From the human T2T-CHM13v2.0 reference genome, Homo sapiens: a stretch of DNA of 64,000 nucleotides. The stretch lies in assembly GCF_009914755.1 (NCBI RefSeq), contig NC_060938.1, one strand, 5' to 3'. Numbering within the stretch: position 1 is the stretch's first letter; each line of letters opens with the position of its first letter. Below the pieces are notes generated by a model. The model had not been told where the DNA came from and made no database searches. It was given only the letters and a program-made list of their open reading frames with translations. The translations under genes and the position numbers were made by a program. Shown piece by piece: positions 35,581-58,901 of this stretch.

Positions 35581-35912
35581 TTGAATAACTTGAATAACCT
35601 TTAACCTGCTGGATAGGTCTGACCCAGCCTGGTCATCCTTACGGTCCTAATTGTCAAACTGCTTGGTTGATGAATGACAACTCAAACAGATACAGCTGTA
35701 TACCTGCAACATAAGAACAAACTCCAGAGCAGTCATTAGACCCTGAATCTACAGATCAAATCAAGCAGTATAATAATGCTCTGGTCCCTGGCTCATTTAG
35801 AGTCTTCTCCAAGATCTCTAAGTCTTTCCCACCTTAGGGATGAATCAGCGGAGGCATTTAAAACAAGGTACTACTTTTGGAAGGAAATATTCAGATTTGC
35901 TTATAAGAATAA

Positions 35913-36065
<153 letters not shown>

Positions 36066-36821
36066 TGAGTAGCTGAGATTACAGGCAGGCACCACCACGC
36101 CCAGCTAATTTTTGTACTTTTAGCAGAAATGGGGTTTCCCCATATTGACCAGGCTGGTCTCGAACTCCTGACCTCAAGTGATCCACCCACCTCAGGCTCC
36201 CATATTGCTGGGATTATAGGCATGAGCCGCCGCGCCTAGGCAGATGCAGGCTTCTTTACATATTTCTGTCACGGCTCTTTTTGCACAATGTTTAACACAG
36301 TACTAGGAATTCGTTTATTCAGTAAACATTTATTGATTAAAAATTAGTTACATACCCAATGCCAATAGTTTGTTGCTGAGGATATAAATAATTAAATAAG
36401 GCAGTGATAAAACAGACCAGATGTGATCTCTAGCTTCTTAGTTACCTAATAAGCTCTCAAAAATATTCTTTTATCATAGTGGCTGGATACAGTGTAAAAC
36501 TCTACCTAAGGGTCATCCTACCCTCTCAGGAACACAACATTTAAGTTCTTTCGAAGACCGAGCTACCCTGGGGCCAAGAACAACTATAAAAAAAGTGCCT
36601 ACCTTTTCTTCTCAAATGTACCTACAAGTGAAGGTTAAAAATGAACTTCTGGCTGGGCACGTTGGCTCACGCCAGTAATCCCAGCACTTTGGGAGGCCAA
36701 GGCAGGCAGATCCTGAGGTCAGGAGTTCAAGACCGGCCTGAGCAACATGGAGGAAACCCCCGTCTCTACTAAAAATACAAAATTAGCCGGGCGTGCTGGT
36801 GCATGCCTGTAATCCTAGCTA

Positions 36822-36968
<147 letters not shown>

Positions 36969-36989
36969 CTATGCTATATTCATCTTTGA

Positions 36990-37357
<368 letters not shown>

Positions 37358-38367
37358 TAATTAATTAATTAATTTTGAGACAGGGTCTGGCTCTGTCACC
37401 CACGCTGGAGTGCAGTGGCCCCATCTCGGCTCACTGTAACCTCTGCCTCCTGAGCTCAAGTGATCCTCCCACCTCAGCCTCTGAGTAGCTGGGACTGCAG
37501 GCATGTGCCATCATGCCTGGCTAATTTTTGTATTTTTTTTTTTTTTTGGTAGAGATGGAGTCTCACTATGTTGCCTAGGCTGGTCTTGATCCTCCCACCT
37601 CGGTCTCCCAAAGTGAAGTAATTGCAGGCATGAGCCACCGCACCCAGCCTGTTCAGTGTTTTTGAATGAGTGAATGAATGAATGAAGCTGGAATCCCAGT
37701 TCTGCCACTAACTGTGTATCTTTGTACAAGTCACAGATTATTTGTAACCCTTTTTTCATGACTGGGATAACAACTACCTTGCTTATTTGTTGTTATGTGA
37801 CTGGAGGTCATGTGTTCTAAGAATCACTGGCAGCTGGGCATGGTGGCCTGTAATCCCAACATTTTGGGAGGCTGAGATGGGAGGATCACTTGAGCCCACA
37901 AGTTTGAGACCAGCCTGGGAAACAGAGGGAGACCTCATCTCCACAAAAAAATTAAAAACTAGCTGGGTGCGGTGAGCGCGTGCCTATAGTCCCAGCTACT
38001 GGGAAGGCTGAGGAAAGAGGATCATTTTTGAGCCCAGGAAGTCAAGCCTACAGTGAGCCATGATTGCACCACTGCACTCCAACCTGGGCGACAGAGTGAG
38101 ACCCTGTCTCAAAAAAAAAAGAAAGAAAATTGGCACTCTGCCTGGCATTCAGCAGGTGCTCAACAAATGGTTGTGGTGATGCTGTATGGTTGTTACTCTG
38201 AGAACGGAGAAGCAGAAGCTTCCAAGAACCAACTTGTATGGTCAAAGTGACATCTAGTGGTAAAATTTTAGAACACACACCAAAAGCACAGTCAATTGCT
38301 GGTTTGAAATTTAAATTGAGGAATGACTAGGAACTAACAGGGCACCTGATTTACATAAGTACAGTAA

Positions 38368-38621
<254 letters not shown>

Positions 38622-38692
38622 TAGGTGATCCTCCTGCCTCAGCCTCCCAAAGTTCTAGGATTACAGGCGTGAGCGACCGCACCTGGCTTCAC

Positions 38693-38860
38693 GAGTGATT
38701 TTCAATCCTGGATGCAGATTAGAATGACGTGTGAAGCTTTAAAAATCTACTGGTGTCTGGATCTCACCCTTGGAGACACCAATTTAACTTGCAGGAGGTG
38801 TGACTCAGGCTGTCACATTTTTAAACTGCGATTTTAACATGCAGCCTGGTTGGGAACCAC
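38693..38860. mobile_element. MER5-like fragment
   Basis: agtgattttcaatcctggatgcagattagaat...gcagcctggttgggaaccac. Confidence 0.5.
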
Positions 38861-39563
38861 ATGCAAGAGACCCATGAGATAGTCTTCTTCTCGTTTTACA
38901 AATGATGAAAGTAAAAGTCAGAAGGATAAAGTAATTTTCACAAAGTCACACATTTATTATTAGCAGTAGGTTATTTGAACTTGCATCTACCATTTTCCCA
39001 CAATACCACGTTGCTTTGCAGAGGCTTTTGGAAGTCTGATGTGCTCCACTTAGCTTCTGTCTAGGGGAGTCTCAAACTCAGAAGCGTTAGGAAATTGCAT
39101 GGTGCTGTGAGCTGAAGCCCTCCAAACAACAGTTTGGTGTTGATGGGATAGTGTGGTCTAATGAAGGCACTAACTGCCTGATCCTCTCTCTGGATTCTTT
39201 TTTTTTAAGACAAGGTCTTGCTTTGTTGCCTAGGCTGGAATGCCGTGGCATGATCACAGCTCACTACAGCCTTGAACTCCTGGGCTCAGCTGGGACCAGA
39301 GGTGCATGCCACCATGCCCAGCTATCTTTGTATTTTTTGTAGAGATGGGGTTTTGCCATGTTGCTCAGGCTGGTATTTTTATGTTTTGTAGAGACGGGGG
39401 TCTCCCTATGTTGCTATGAACATTCATGTCAATTTCAATTTTTTAAAAATTATTTCAAAAGAAACTCATTGTAATTGTTTGTGTTAAAAAATGATAACTT
39501 GCCCAGGTGCAGTGGCTCATGCCTGTAATCTCAGCACTTTGGGAGGCCAAGGCGAGTGGATCA

Positions 39564-39800
<237 letters not shown>

Positions 39801-39961
39801 TTAAGCATACACATTAAAAATCTACCAAAACTTTTTAAAATTGAGTTTTGGCACTTCATTTTTAAAAATATAACTGGGGTCTCAAAAAGGAGTAACGAGG
39901 CCGGGCGCGATGGCTCACGCCTATAATCCCAGCACCATGGGAGGCCGAGGCCGGCAGATCA

Positions 39962-40272
<311 letters not shown>

Positions 40273-40458
40273 TTAGACAACAAATCCCCAAAGTCAGAAA
40301 AACCACGTGATATTTGCTGGCATATCCATGATGACTACTAATTATGTATTTGGTAAATGTTTGCTGACAATATAGCCCATCAAGAAATGATGGGAGGCCG
40401 GGCGAGGTGGCTCACGCCTGTAATCCCAGCACTTTGGGAGGCCGAGGCGGGCGGATCA

Positions 40459-40770
<312 letters not shown>

Positions 40771-41915
40771 TCACTTGAGGCCAGGAGTTTGAGACCAGCT
40801 TGGCTAACATGGTGAAACCCTGTCTTTACTAAAAAAATATTAATATTAGCCGGGTGTGGTGGCTCACACAGGTAATCCCAGCTACTCAGGAGGCTGAGGC
40901 GCGAGAATCACTTGAAAACCAGAGGTGGAGGTTGTAGTGAGCCAAGGTCATAACACTGCACTCCAGTCTGGATGAAAGAGCGAGAAACTCTGTCCCTTAA
41001 AAAAAAAGAAAACAAAGAAATGATGGGACAGGGTGAGGGTAGGGGAGAGGAAATTCTAACACAGGTGATTTCCTTCTGACCCACAACCCCCACTTTGCTG
41101 TTGGTCTGGCTGACGTGGTTCACAAGGGGGATGGTAACTTAGATGGAACGTGTAAACCAATGGAAACATGAACCTTGATTGAAAAATGAAAAATTTCTCT
41201 AGATCCTGACTAAGGCAAGGTCAGCATGTTTCTCCCACATGCTGGTCCAAACAGAAGCTTTCTTTTACGGCAGGATAGGGATCAGTCCCTTGTCTAATCA
41301 ACCAGTGGAGTTAATGAGTATGGCAGAAGGAAGGGAGAGGAAAGATGACAAAAGGAGCAATGAAAAGGAAACACCTGACACATTTATCTTTGTGAGAAGT
41401 GAGAATCACCTGTAAATGCCTCAGCCAGGAAGGACAGGTAGGGCCCTTTATAAAAGGATTTGTGGAACTTCTGGAGTATTTTGTCATTATAACATTTTGT
41501 TAATAGATTAACAAGGCTGGGCGCAGTAGCTCACACCTATAATCCTAGCACTTTGGGAGGCCAAGGCAGGCGGATTCACTTGAGGTCAGGAGTTCGAAAC
41601 CAGCTTGGCCATCATGGTGAAACCCCGTCTCTACTAAAATTACAAAAAATTAGCTGGGCATGTGGTATGCGCCTGTAATCCCAGCTACTCAGGAGGCTGG
41701 GGCGGAGAATCTCTTGAACCTGAGAGGCGGAGGTTGCAGTGAGCCGAGATCATGCCACCCCGACTCCAGCCTGGACAACAGAGCGAGACTCCATCTCAAA
41801 AAAAAAAAAAAAAAAAAGATTAACAAAAACATGGCTGGGCACAGTGGCTCAAGCCTGTAATCCCAGCACTTTAGGAGGGCAGATCATTTGAGCCCAGGAG
41901 TTTGGGACTGGCCTA

Positions 41916-42245
<330 letters not shown>

Positions 42246-42971
42246 TCATGGACCCTTGCTGAGCTCCTTCCTTCCCCCAGCCTTTTCTCCCATCCCTCCC
42301 CTTACCTGGAAGGTCCTCTCTCCTCCTCTCTGCCTAAATCTTGTGCCATCTCAGATCCAACACAAATTCCCATGTCTCCATGACGACTCCTGCCCCCCTT
42401 CCCTGAACTCCTACAGCACATCTGCTGTATACCACACAATTCTCACTAAATTAACCATATTGTCTTTGAAAGGTTCTTGTGTGTCTGTCTTCTAAAACCC
42501 CTTGTAAACTCCTCGAGGACAAGGGCATTTCTTCTGCTGCTGCTCCGTCTCCCACAGTGCTGATGGCCTAATAGACCCTCTGTATGGTCTTGCTGGCTGA
42601 CTGACTGAAGGGTTCAGTTAGGCTCTCTTGCTCCTGCCAGCAAAGCAAAGAGTGCACAATAAAGTCCTTTCACTATGAAATGACAAATTCAAAGATAGAG
42701 GGGCTGAGAAAGTGCTCATACAGAATTATTCATTGTCTTGAATGTCTCATAGTAGCCAGATCCCAGAATCCTCAGGTTAGATGCGGAAGTAACTTTGATC
42801 CATGTGATAGTGCTTTTTAGATTAGTATTTCACTTAAAGGGAAAGTGTAAAGTAATACACATTCCATGGGTTACATGAGTCAAGGAAAGGGAAGAGTTTC
42901 TGTTACGAAGTTAGCTCATATCCCCAAAGACCCCCCCACCACCGTGTTTCATAGCAGTCAGGAATTTATAG

Positions 42972-43373
<402 letters not shown>

Positions 43374-43886
43374 TGACAATAACAGAGCCACGGGAAGAAA
43401 GGATGTGATTAGGGGAAGAAAAAAGGGGAGAGGTTCATGTTGTCTTTATTTTCATTAATGAATGTCTCAAACATTTTAGGGTATAAATAGCAATCAGTAT
43501 TTAGGAAAGGAAGCTGGATTCACACTACTTGGAAATCTGGGTCTTTACTCATCCATGGCAATTTTTGGGTATCATGTGCTCTTACAGAATCTCATCTTAT
43601 GATATAGATTCAGTTTACAGCTATTCTATGATGCTTGAGTATTTCAAATATTAAGTACATTGAGGCTCATGAGAATTGCTAATCTGCCGTGTGAAACTGC
43701 AGAGTTGTTTCCCAAGGGTAGAGATGCATTCACATCCACCCACATAGTACAAAGGGGGAAATGATTACGCTGGCCTGGATTTTTTGTAATAGTCCCGTGA
43801 CATGGCTTCCACATTGCTCTGTGGGCTGTGGTTAAAGAACCTAATCTAGAACAAGACAAGACTTGTAGATTTAAAAAGTCACCTAA

Positions 43887-44231
<345 letters not shown>

Positions 44232-44556
44232 TAATTTGAGTTTCAGAGGGCAATTTGTACCGTTTGGAAAAGATGCTGGATCCTTCAATATTACTGCTTT
44301 AGAAAGATTTGGAACTCTGACCCATATTTAGTACATGACCTTTCTGGGGCGTGGAAAAATATGCTCTGTCATCTAATGTGATGTCAATTTTCTTCAACCT
44401 TCCATGTAAATAGTGCGCATTAAGACATGAGGTCTACTGTTAAATAATTTCTCTTTATAAACATAGTGACAACAAGATTGTACAGTATCAATTAAAAAGA
44501 CCCAATGTGACCAGGTCCACTGCTTCCTGCATCTTGAAGTAAGACAAGTGTTCAGC

Positions 44557-45271
<715 letters not shown>

Positions 45272-45297
45272 TAGCCAGGAGGGTCTCAATCTCCTGA

Positions 45298-45618
<321 letters not shown>

Positions 45619-46549
45619 TGATCCGCCGGCCTCGGCCTCCCAAAGTGCTGGGATTACAGGCATGAGCCTCCGCTCCCGGCCACGCCCAGCTAATTTTTTT
45701 GTATTTTTAGTAGAGACAGGGTTTCACCATGTTGGCCAGGCTGGTCTTGAACTCCTGACCTCATGATCTGCCTGCCTCAGCCTCCCAAAGTGCTGAGATT
45801 ACAGGCGTGAGCCACCATGCCCAGAGATTATTCTTTAATTAATCTCAAAAGCCTAACACCAGGGTAGTCTCTCTCAGCCTACTCTGGCTTGAAAAGCTGC
45901 CCATTAAAAAATAAAAATAAAAGCCTAACACCAGAGTTCGATATATGTTCACTCACACATTTGTAGAAGGAACACAATATCTCTTATAATATTCTTTACT
46001 TCACTAATAAGTTATAATTTCAGCTATACATTATATGGCGTTATTACTAGTTAAGTAATAAAACCAATGTATTATTTATCTTGTTTTTCATTTCTTAAAA
46101 AATGAATAATTGGCTGGGCACGGTGGCTCACACCTGTGATCCCAGCACTTTGGGAGGCCAAGGCAGGCAGCTCACTTGAGGTCGGGAGTTCAAGACCAGC
46201 CTGGCCAACATGGTGAAACCCCATCTCTACTAAAAATACAAAAATTAGCCAGGCATGGCGCAGATGCCTGTAATCTCAGCTACTCGGGAGGCTGAGGCAG
46301 AAGAATCGCTTGAACCAGGAGGCAGAGGTTGCAGTGAGCCAAGATTGCGCCACTGTACTCTAGCCTGGGCGACAGAGAGAGACTTTGTCTCAAAATAAAA
46401 AAAGATTAATCAATTATAATGGACCATATTATTTTAATTTTAATTTTCAAGATTTATTCTTATATTTGTTATATTTATTTTTAATATTTTATTATGTTTT
46501 TTGAATATTGTATGTGAAATAAAAAATGAAGTCATGATACAAAGTAAGT

Positions 46550-49190
<2,641 letters not shown>

Positions 49191-50352
49191 AATAATAATT
49201 GTAATGATTACCTGAAAGAAATATAGACAGTCTTCTAGTCATGGAGAATAAATTTTAAAACCTTCATTTTTTACATCAGGTGTTTTTTATTTGTTTGTTT
49301 GTTTTTTAGAGACCTGGTCTTACTATGTTGCCCCAGCTGCCAGAGTGCAGGAGCTAGTACCTATTCACAGGCACGATCATAGCTCACTATAAACTTGAAC
49401 TCCTGGGCTCAAGTGATCCTCCTGTCTCTGGCCTCACATGTAGCTAAAACTACGTGTACCATCATGCCCCAACCCTCAATTTAAATACAGATTTTTGTTG
49501 CAGATGTGATGATGAAAAATAAATACTTTCAAGCACAATTGTATATTAGGATAAAATTCTGTGTGGAAGTTACTTCATAAAGGAAATGTGAGCGTTTTTT
49601 TTTAAGATGTAATTTTAATTTTAAAGAAGAGCTTACATATTTTATTTTTAAAATGGATGATGGTAGTTATCAAACTGTTATGGCATTTAGATTCAAATGG
49701 ATGCATGTAAATTCAGTTTTGAACTTAAAATATCAATATGTAAAGCTGGAATACTTACATGTTTGAAATTAAACTCTGCTTCTATTTAAAATGAAAACAT
49801 TTTAGATGTCAATTTTTTTTTTTTGAGACGGAGTCTCATCTCTGTCACCCAGGCTGTAGTACAGTGGCTCAATCTCAGGCTCACTGCAACCTCCGCCTCT
49901 CAGGTTCAAGCGATTATCCTGTCTCAGCCTCCCGAGTAGCTGGGATTACAGGCATGCACCACCATACCTGGCTAATTTTTCTTTATTTTCAGTAGAGACG
50001 GGGTTTTACCATGTTGGCCAGGCTGGTCTCAAACTCCCGACCTCAGGTGATCCACTTGCCTCTGCCTCCCAAAGTGCTGGGATTGCAGGCGTGAGCCATC
50101 ATGCCTGGCCTCATTTTAGATGTCAATTTAAGAAGGTAAAGAGGTGACATCATTTTTCAAAATTATTTTATAGGTTATATGAGCAAGCAAAAGAGTTGGA
50201 AATTCAACATCCTAGATAGCATCTGTTACGACGTATAGCAAGACTCAGCCAATTTGTTCTGTAAAAGGCCAGATAGTAGATATTTCAGGCTTTTGGGGCC
50301 AGATGGCCTATTCAAACTGTGGTTTTTTGTTTGTTTGTTTGTTTGTCATTGA

Positions 50353-50460
<108 letters not shown>

Positions 50461-50499
50461 TAGCTGGGATTATAGGCACATGCCACCACACCCGGCTAA

Positions 50500-50679
<180 letters not shown>

Positions 50680-50724
50680 TAACAAATAATCCCATTGCCC
50701 AGAGGGAACTTCTTTCTGTCTTCA

Positions 50725-50895
<171 letters not shown>

Positions 50896-50898
50896 TCA

Positions 50899-51210
<312 letters not shown>

Positions 51211-51288
51211 CTATAATTTGATTTTTTAACACGTTATAGACATTTCCTTGTCATTCCTTTAAATAACTATTGATTGGTAGATATTTGA

Positions 51289-51609
<321 letters not shown>

Positions 51610-51843
51610 TAGGGCAAGGAGTTCAAGACCAGCCTGGCCAACATGGCAAAACTCCATCTCAACTAAAAATACAAAAATTAGTTGGGCATCGTGGCACATG
51701 CCTGTAATCCAAGCTACTCAGGTGAGGCACAAGAATCGCTTGAACCTGGCAGGTGGAGGTTGCAGTGAGCCAAGATCACGCCACTGCATTTCAGGCTAGG
51801 TGACAAAGCAAGACTCTGTCTCAAAAAAAAAAAAAAATGCTGA

Positions 51844-51981
<138 letters not shown>

Positions 51982-52068
51982 TAAGGATAGATTTCTAGAT
52001 GTAGAATTACTACTGGGTCAAAGATATCAAAATTTTGTATTGATGAATTGTCATCTAAAAGTTTTTAC

Positions 52069-52268
52069 CAGGGTTTCTCAATCCTGGTACTATTGACATT
52101 TGGGCCCAGATACTCCTTGGTTATGGGGTTTCATTGTACATTGTAGAATGTTTTACAGCATCCCTCAATGCTAGTAGCACCCCCACTGTTGGACAACCAA
52201 AAATATCTCTAGATATTGCTAAATGACCCCTGGGGGTGCAAAATAGCCCCAGGTTCAGAACCACTGCC
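52069..52268. mobile_element. MER20 (hAT-Charlie)
   Basis: cagggtttctcaa...tattgacatttgg...tgtagaatgttt...gaaccactg. Confidence 0.75.
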
Positions 52269-52327
52269 TCGGACATTTGCTTTCTTTTACTTTCCTTTTA
52301 TTTCTCTTTCTCACCATCTCCCTTTCA

Positions 52328-52691
<364 letters not shown>

Positions 52692-53639
52692 TCACCCTTC
52701 CTTCCCAGTATATTTACACTTTAGATATAGATGAAGTGAAAGTGACAATGACTAATTCAAGAATAACTATCTAATGATGGGATGAATTTTGATGGGAGAG
52801 ATAATTTGGGGTACTTTCCTGATAGGCTTTAAATCATACTATGTACACTTAAACATCCTGTTGGCTCTATTCATCTTCTTTTCTGTAGAAGTTTCTCTGA
52901 ATAACAATGATTAGCATCTATATTCAGAATGTCAAGTTCCTGGCCCAGCGCGATGGCTCACGCCTGTAATCCCAGCACTTTGGGAGGCCAAGGCGGGCAG
53001 ATCATGAGGTCAGGAGATGGAGACCATCCTGGCTAACATGGTGAAACCCCGTCTGTACTAAAAATAATAATAATAATAATTTAAAAAAGAATGTCAATTT
53101 CCTTTGATTTTTTTAAAAGGGAATTCTATTGATTCAAAACAAAAAAAAAAAAAGAAGAGAAAGGTAAGCAATGCTTAAAAATCAAGAAAAATGAGATGAA
53201 TTAGGGAAAGTAAAGTTTATTGTTTAAAAAATACTATATTTTGGCTGGGCACAGTGGCTCGCGCCTGTAATCCCAGCACTTTGGGAGGCTGAGGCAGGCA
53301 GATCACCTGAGGTCAGGAGTTTGAGACCAGCCTGGCCAACATGGGAAACCCCATCTCTACTAAAAATACAAAAATTAGTTGGGCATGGTAGGGGGTGCCT
53401 GTAATCCCAGCTACTCGGGAGGCTGAGGCAGGAGAAAATTGCTTGAATCTGGGAGGCAGAGGTTGTAGTGGGCCAAGATAGCACCACTGCACTCCAGCCT
53501 GGATGACAGAGCAAGACTCTATCTCAAAACAAACAAACAAACAAAGCCTATATTTTTAGCAGGGCATGGTGGCTCATGCTTGTAATCCCAGGGCAGTGTG
53601 CTAAATGCAAGACGGGATAGAAAAAGGCATAAGGAAGTC

Positions 53640-54070
53640 TTTTCCTTGAATTTTAGGAAGGAATGTGACAAGAACATGAATTACCAGCACAATGTGTTAA
53701 ATTCATGTGAAAGAGTAAAAATTCTCTTGAGATGAAGGAGATGGTAGCGACTTTGGAGAGGAGATGGAATGTGAAATGGGCTTTAATTAGGGTTTTGACA
53801 AAAGATAATTGGGGGACAATATGCAGAGGAAACAGCCTGAGAAAACATATAAAGGATGATATAGGTAAGCAACAGCAAACAGTCTAGCTTGTAGAAGTAG
53901 AGTTTACAGGGGTTGGGGATGATAGGCTGTAACATTATGTGACTCCAGTACCTAGCTGAGGAACTTGGATTTGTCAATGGGGCACCTAGGTAGATTTTGA
54001 GTAGGGTGATGACAGGTTTGGGGCCTCAACTTGAGAAAATTCATCTTGTAGCTATCTGTGGTATAAATTG
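53640..54070. mobile_element. L2 fragment
   Basis: Purine-rich L2-like sequence (gaggaacttggatttg...gattttgagtagggtgatgac), continuing after the MST LTR and Alu at about 55010. Confidence 0.45.
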
Positions 54071-54080
54071 GCATGGGGGC

Positions 54081-54675
<595 letters not shown>

Positions 54676-54834
54676 GGAGCAATTAATGGTAAAGAGACAG
54701 TCGGGCACCGCGGCTCATGCCTGTAATCCCAGCACTTTGGGAGGCCGAGATAGGTGGATCACCTGAGGTCAGGAATTCGAGACCAGCCTGACCAACATGG
54801 TGAAACCCTGTCTCTACTAAAAATACAAAAATTA

Positions 54835-55248
<414 letters not shown>

Positions 55249-56077
55249 TGTGTGTAACAGACCATGTGAGAAATAAAAAAGGGTGGATGTTAGACATGGG
55301 TAAGGACAAAATCTAAAAGCCTTGGCAAGTGTTTGGATAGGCTTGCAACTGAGAAAGAGGGAGTGTTGAAAGCTCAAACAGAGAAAGGTCCTAGAGGCCA
55401 TGTACTGTAGTCTAATATGCTTATCATTGCTTGAAACATTGTAAACCCTCTTGGAAGGCAGTTTGGTAAAACCTATTAATAATCACAAAAAGTATCTTAC
55501 TTTTTGACCCAGCACTTTTATTTCTGGGAGTTTATCTTAAATGATTCAAATGAAGACAAGGAATCTTTATGTACAAAGCAATTAGTTGCATGACAGACAG
55601 TGACCACGTTCTCAAAAATTACACCCGCATGCCACCACATTGCCTGTTAAATTAGAAGCCGATTTAAGATCCTGAGTTTAAGAGCCAAAGAAGTTGTAGC
55701 TAAAGAAACAAAATCCCAGAGGGGCAGGAAGGGCAGATATCAAGAATGCAAGTAGAGAAATTCTTAACTTATTTTTCAGAGAGAGGACAATGAATTTGAG
55801 AATTTGTATTGGAGAAAAGAGGGAGAGAAGTTAGGTGGAGGAACTCCTAGATAAGGCTTCAATCAGTGAATTCATCTGCAGAGCAGAAGTTTCTGCGGAA
55901 CTCAAACTGCCTGGGGGCATTCCTTGAAAAGAAGAATTCTGCACTTTTTGGTGGGAACCTGCCGGTGGAACATCCTGTTTAGAAATGAGGACATCCAAGG
56001 AACACTGCAATGTGCAGAGACTAGAAGGAAAAAACAGTCAAGTAGCCATTTCTCCTGGGGAGTCTCTAGTAACTTGA

Positions 56078-56459
<382 letters not shown>

Positions 56460-56769
56460 TAGTAGAGACGGGGTTTCACCGTGTTAGCCAGGATGGTCTC
56501 GATCTCCTGACCTCGTGATCCGCCCGCCTCGGCCTCCCAAAGTGCTGGGATTACAGGCGGAGCCACCGCGCCCGGCCAATTTTTGTAGTTTTAGTAGAGA
56601 CGGGGTTTCACCATACTGGTCAGGCTGGTCTCGAACTCCTGACCTCAGGTGATCCACACACCTCGGCCTCCGAAAGTGCTAGGATTACAGTCGTGAACCA
56701 CCGCGCTTGGCCGCAACTTGATTTTTAAATTGCTCTCTGAGTGTAGATTCCTTGTTTGTTTGGCAAGGG

Positions 56770-57900
56770 TTCTTGCCGCTGCCGCTACAGCTTGAAGCCA
56801 AACATTTAATGAAAGAGAGCGGGAGGGGCCGAATAGAAGAATGATGGGCGTGGCCAACCCCGAGGTGGCTGGAGGCCGCGCCCCCTTCCCAGAGTGCACC
56901 GCAGCCGCTGCATTCAGGAACCGCTTTAGCTTCGGCCCCGGCCGGCCGGGCGGGGAAGACTGGTGTGGTCTGGCCATGGATGGGCTCCAGGCCAGTGCAG
57001 GGCCGTTGAGGCGCGGGCGGCCGAGGCGCCGGCGCAAGCCCCAGCCACACAGCGGGTCGGTCCTGGCCCTGCCCTTGAGGTCCAGGAAGATACGAAAGCA
57101 GCTGCGAAGTGTTGTATCCCGCATGGCAGCGCTGAGGACGCAGACGCTGCCTAGCGAGAACTCGGAGGAATCGAGGGTGGAGTCGACGGCCGACGACCTG
57201 GGGGACGCGCTACCCGGTGGGGCGGCGGTGGCGGCCGTCCCGGACGCAGCCCGGCGAGAGCCATACGGCCACCTGGGGCCCGCAGAGCTGCTGGAGGCCT
57301 CGCCCGCCGCGCGCTCCCTGCAGACCCCGTCGGCGCGCCTGGTGCCCGCTTCCGTGCCGCCCGCGCGCCTGGTGGAGGTGCCCGCCGCGCCGGTCCGGGT
57401 GGTGGAGACCTCGGCCCTGCTGTGCACCGCGCAACACTTAGCGGCCGTCCAGTCGTCCGGGGCCCCTGCGACGGCGTCGGGGCCGCAGGTGGATAACACG
57501 GGTGGGGAGCCGGCCTGGGACTCCCCGCTGCGGCGCGTCTTGGCCGAGCTGAACCGCATCCCCAGCAGCCGGCGGCGAGCGGCCCGCCTCTTTGAGTGGC
57601 TCATCGCGCCCATGCCGCCAGATCACTTCTACCGGCGCCTATGGGAGCGCGAGGCGGTGCTGGTGCGGCGGCAGGACCACACCTACTACCAGGGACTTTT
57701 CTCTACCGCTGACCTGGATTCGATGCTGCGCAACGAGGAGGTGCAGTTCGGCCAGCATTTGGACGCCGCTCGCTACATCAACGGACGACGCGAGACCCTG
57801 AACCCACCCGGCCGCGCGCTGCCCGCCGCCGCGTGGTCCCTGTACCAGGCCGGCTGCTCCCTGCGTCTCCTCTGTCCGCAGGCTTTCTCTACTACTGTGT
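56770..57900. promoter_or_regulatory. CpG island covering the RIOX1 promoter and 5' CDS
   Basis: Very high GC and CpG density in non-repeat sequence; GC-box-like motifs (GGGCGTGG near 56846, GGGCGGGG near 56948). Confidence 0.9.
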
Positions 57901-58901
57901 GGCAGTTTTTGGCTGTGCTTCAAGAGCAGTTTGGAAGCATGGCAGGCTCCAACGTTTACCTCACGCCCCCTAACTCGCAGGGCTTTGCCCCCCACTACGA
58001 CGACATCGAGGCCTTCGTGCTGCAGCTGGAAGGTAGGAAACTCTGGCGTGTATACCGACCCCGAGCCCCAACCGAGGAACTGGCTCTGACATCCAGCCCC
58101 AACTTCAGTCAGGACGACCTCGGTGAGCCGGTGCTGCAGACCGTGCTGGAACCTGGAGATTTGCTGTATTTTCCTCGGGGCTTCATTCACCAAGCTGAAT
58201 GCCAGGATGGAGTCCACTCTCTGCACCTCACCTTGTCCACGTACCAGCGCAATACCTGGGGTGACTTCTTAGAGGCCATACTGCCTCTGGCAGTGCAGGC
58301 TGCAATGGAAGAAAATGTGGAGTTTCGGAGGGGTCTGCCCCGAGACTTCATGGATTACATGGGGGCCCAGCATTCAGATTCTAAGGATCCGCGAAGAACC
58401 GCTTTCATGGAGAAGGTGCGGGTCTTGGTTGCCCGCCTGGGACACTTTGCTCCTGTTGATGCTGTGGCCGACCAGCGAGCCAAAGACTTCATTCACGATT
58501 CTCTGCCCCCTGTTTTGACTGATAGGGAGAGGGCACTAAGTGTTTACGGGCTTCCAATTCGCTGGGAGGCTGGAGAACCTGTAAACGTGGGGGCCCAGTT
58601 GACAACAGAAACAGAAGTCCATATGCTTCAGGATGGGATAGCTCGGCTGGTGGGTGAGGGGGGCCATTTGTTTCTCTATTACACAGTGGAAAACTCCCGT
58701 GTGTATCATCTGGAAGAACCCAAGTGCTTGGAAATATACCCCCAGCAAGCTGATGCCATGGAACTGTTGCTTGGTTCTTATCCAGAGTTTGTGAGAGTGG
58801 GGGACCTGCCCTGTGACAGTGTGGAGGACCAGCTGTCCTTGGCAACCACGTTGTATGATAAGGGGCTGCTGCTCACTAAGATGCCTCTAGCCCTAAATTA
58901 G
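56976..58901 (+). CDS. RIOX1: Ribosomal oxygenase 1 (NO66/C14orf169), JmjC 2-oxoglutarate/Fe(II) histidyl hydroxylase, intronless, 641 aa
   Basis: Single ORF starting at gccATGg (strong Kozak, Met46 of the 686-aa ORF), giving 641 aa that begin [16 protein letters not shown]. JmjC iron ligands are present: HYD (His340 codon at 57993) and FIHQ (His405 codon at 58188). Basic N-terminal segment; ends TKMPLALN. Matches recalled NO66. Confidence 0.98.
   Translation: MDGLQASAGPLRRGRPRRRRKPQPHSGSVLALPLRSRKIRKQLRSVVSRMAALRTQTLPSENSEESRVESTADDLGDALPGGAAVAAVPDAARREPYGHLGPAELLEASPAARSLQTPSARLVPASVPPARLVEVPAAPVRVVETSALLCTAQHLAAVQSSGAPATASGPQVDNTGGEPAWDSPLRRVLAELNRIPSSRRRAARLFEWLIAPMPPDHFYRRLWEREAVLVRRQDHTYYQGLFSTADLDSMLRNEEVQFGQHLDAARYINGRRETLNPPGRALPAAAWSLYQAGCSLRLLCPQAFSTTVWQFLAVLQEQFGSMAGSNVYLTPPNSQGFAPHYDDIEAFVLQLEGRKLWRVYRPRAPTEELALTSSPNFSQDDLGEPVLQTVLEPGDLLYFPRGFIHQAECQDGVHSLHLTLSTYQRNTWGDFLEAILPLAVQAAMEENVEFRRGLPRDFMDYMGAQHSDSKDPRRTAFMEKVRVLVARLGHFAPVDAVADQRAKDFIHDSLPPVLTDRERALSVYGLPIRWEAGEPVNVGAQLTTETEVHMLQDGIARLVGEGGHLFLYYTVENSRVYHLEEPKCLEIYPQQADAMELLLGSYPEFVRVGDLPCDSVEDQLSLATTLYDKGLLLTKMPLALN

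Noticed and set aside
56645-57613. 322-aa minus-strand ORF (also 57639-58226)
   Set aside because: Antisense shadow of the GC-rich RIOX1 CDS; it ends in an Alu and has no recognisable domain
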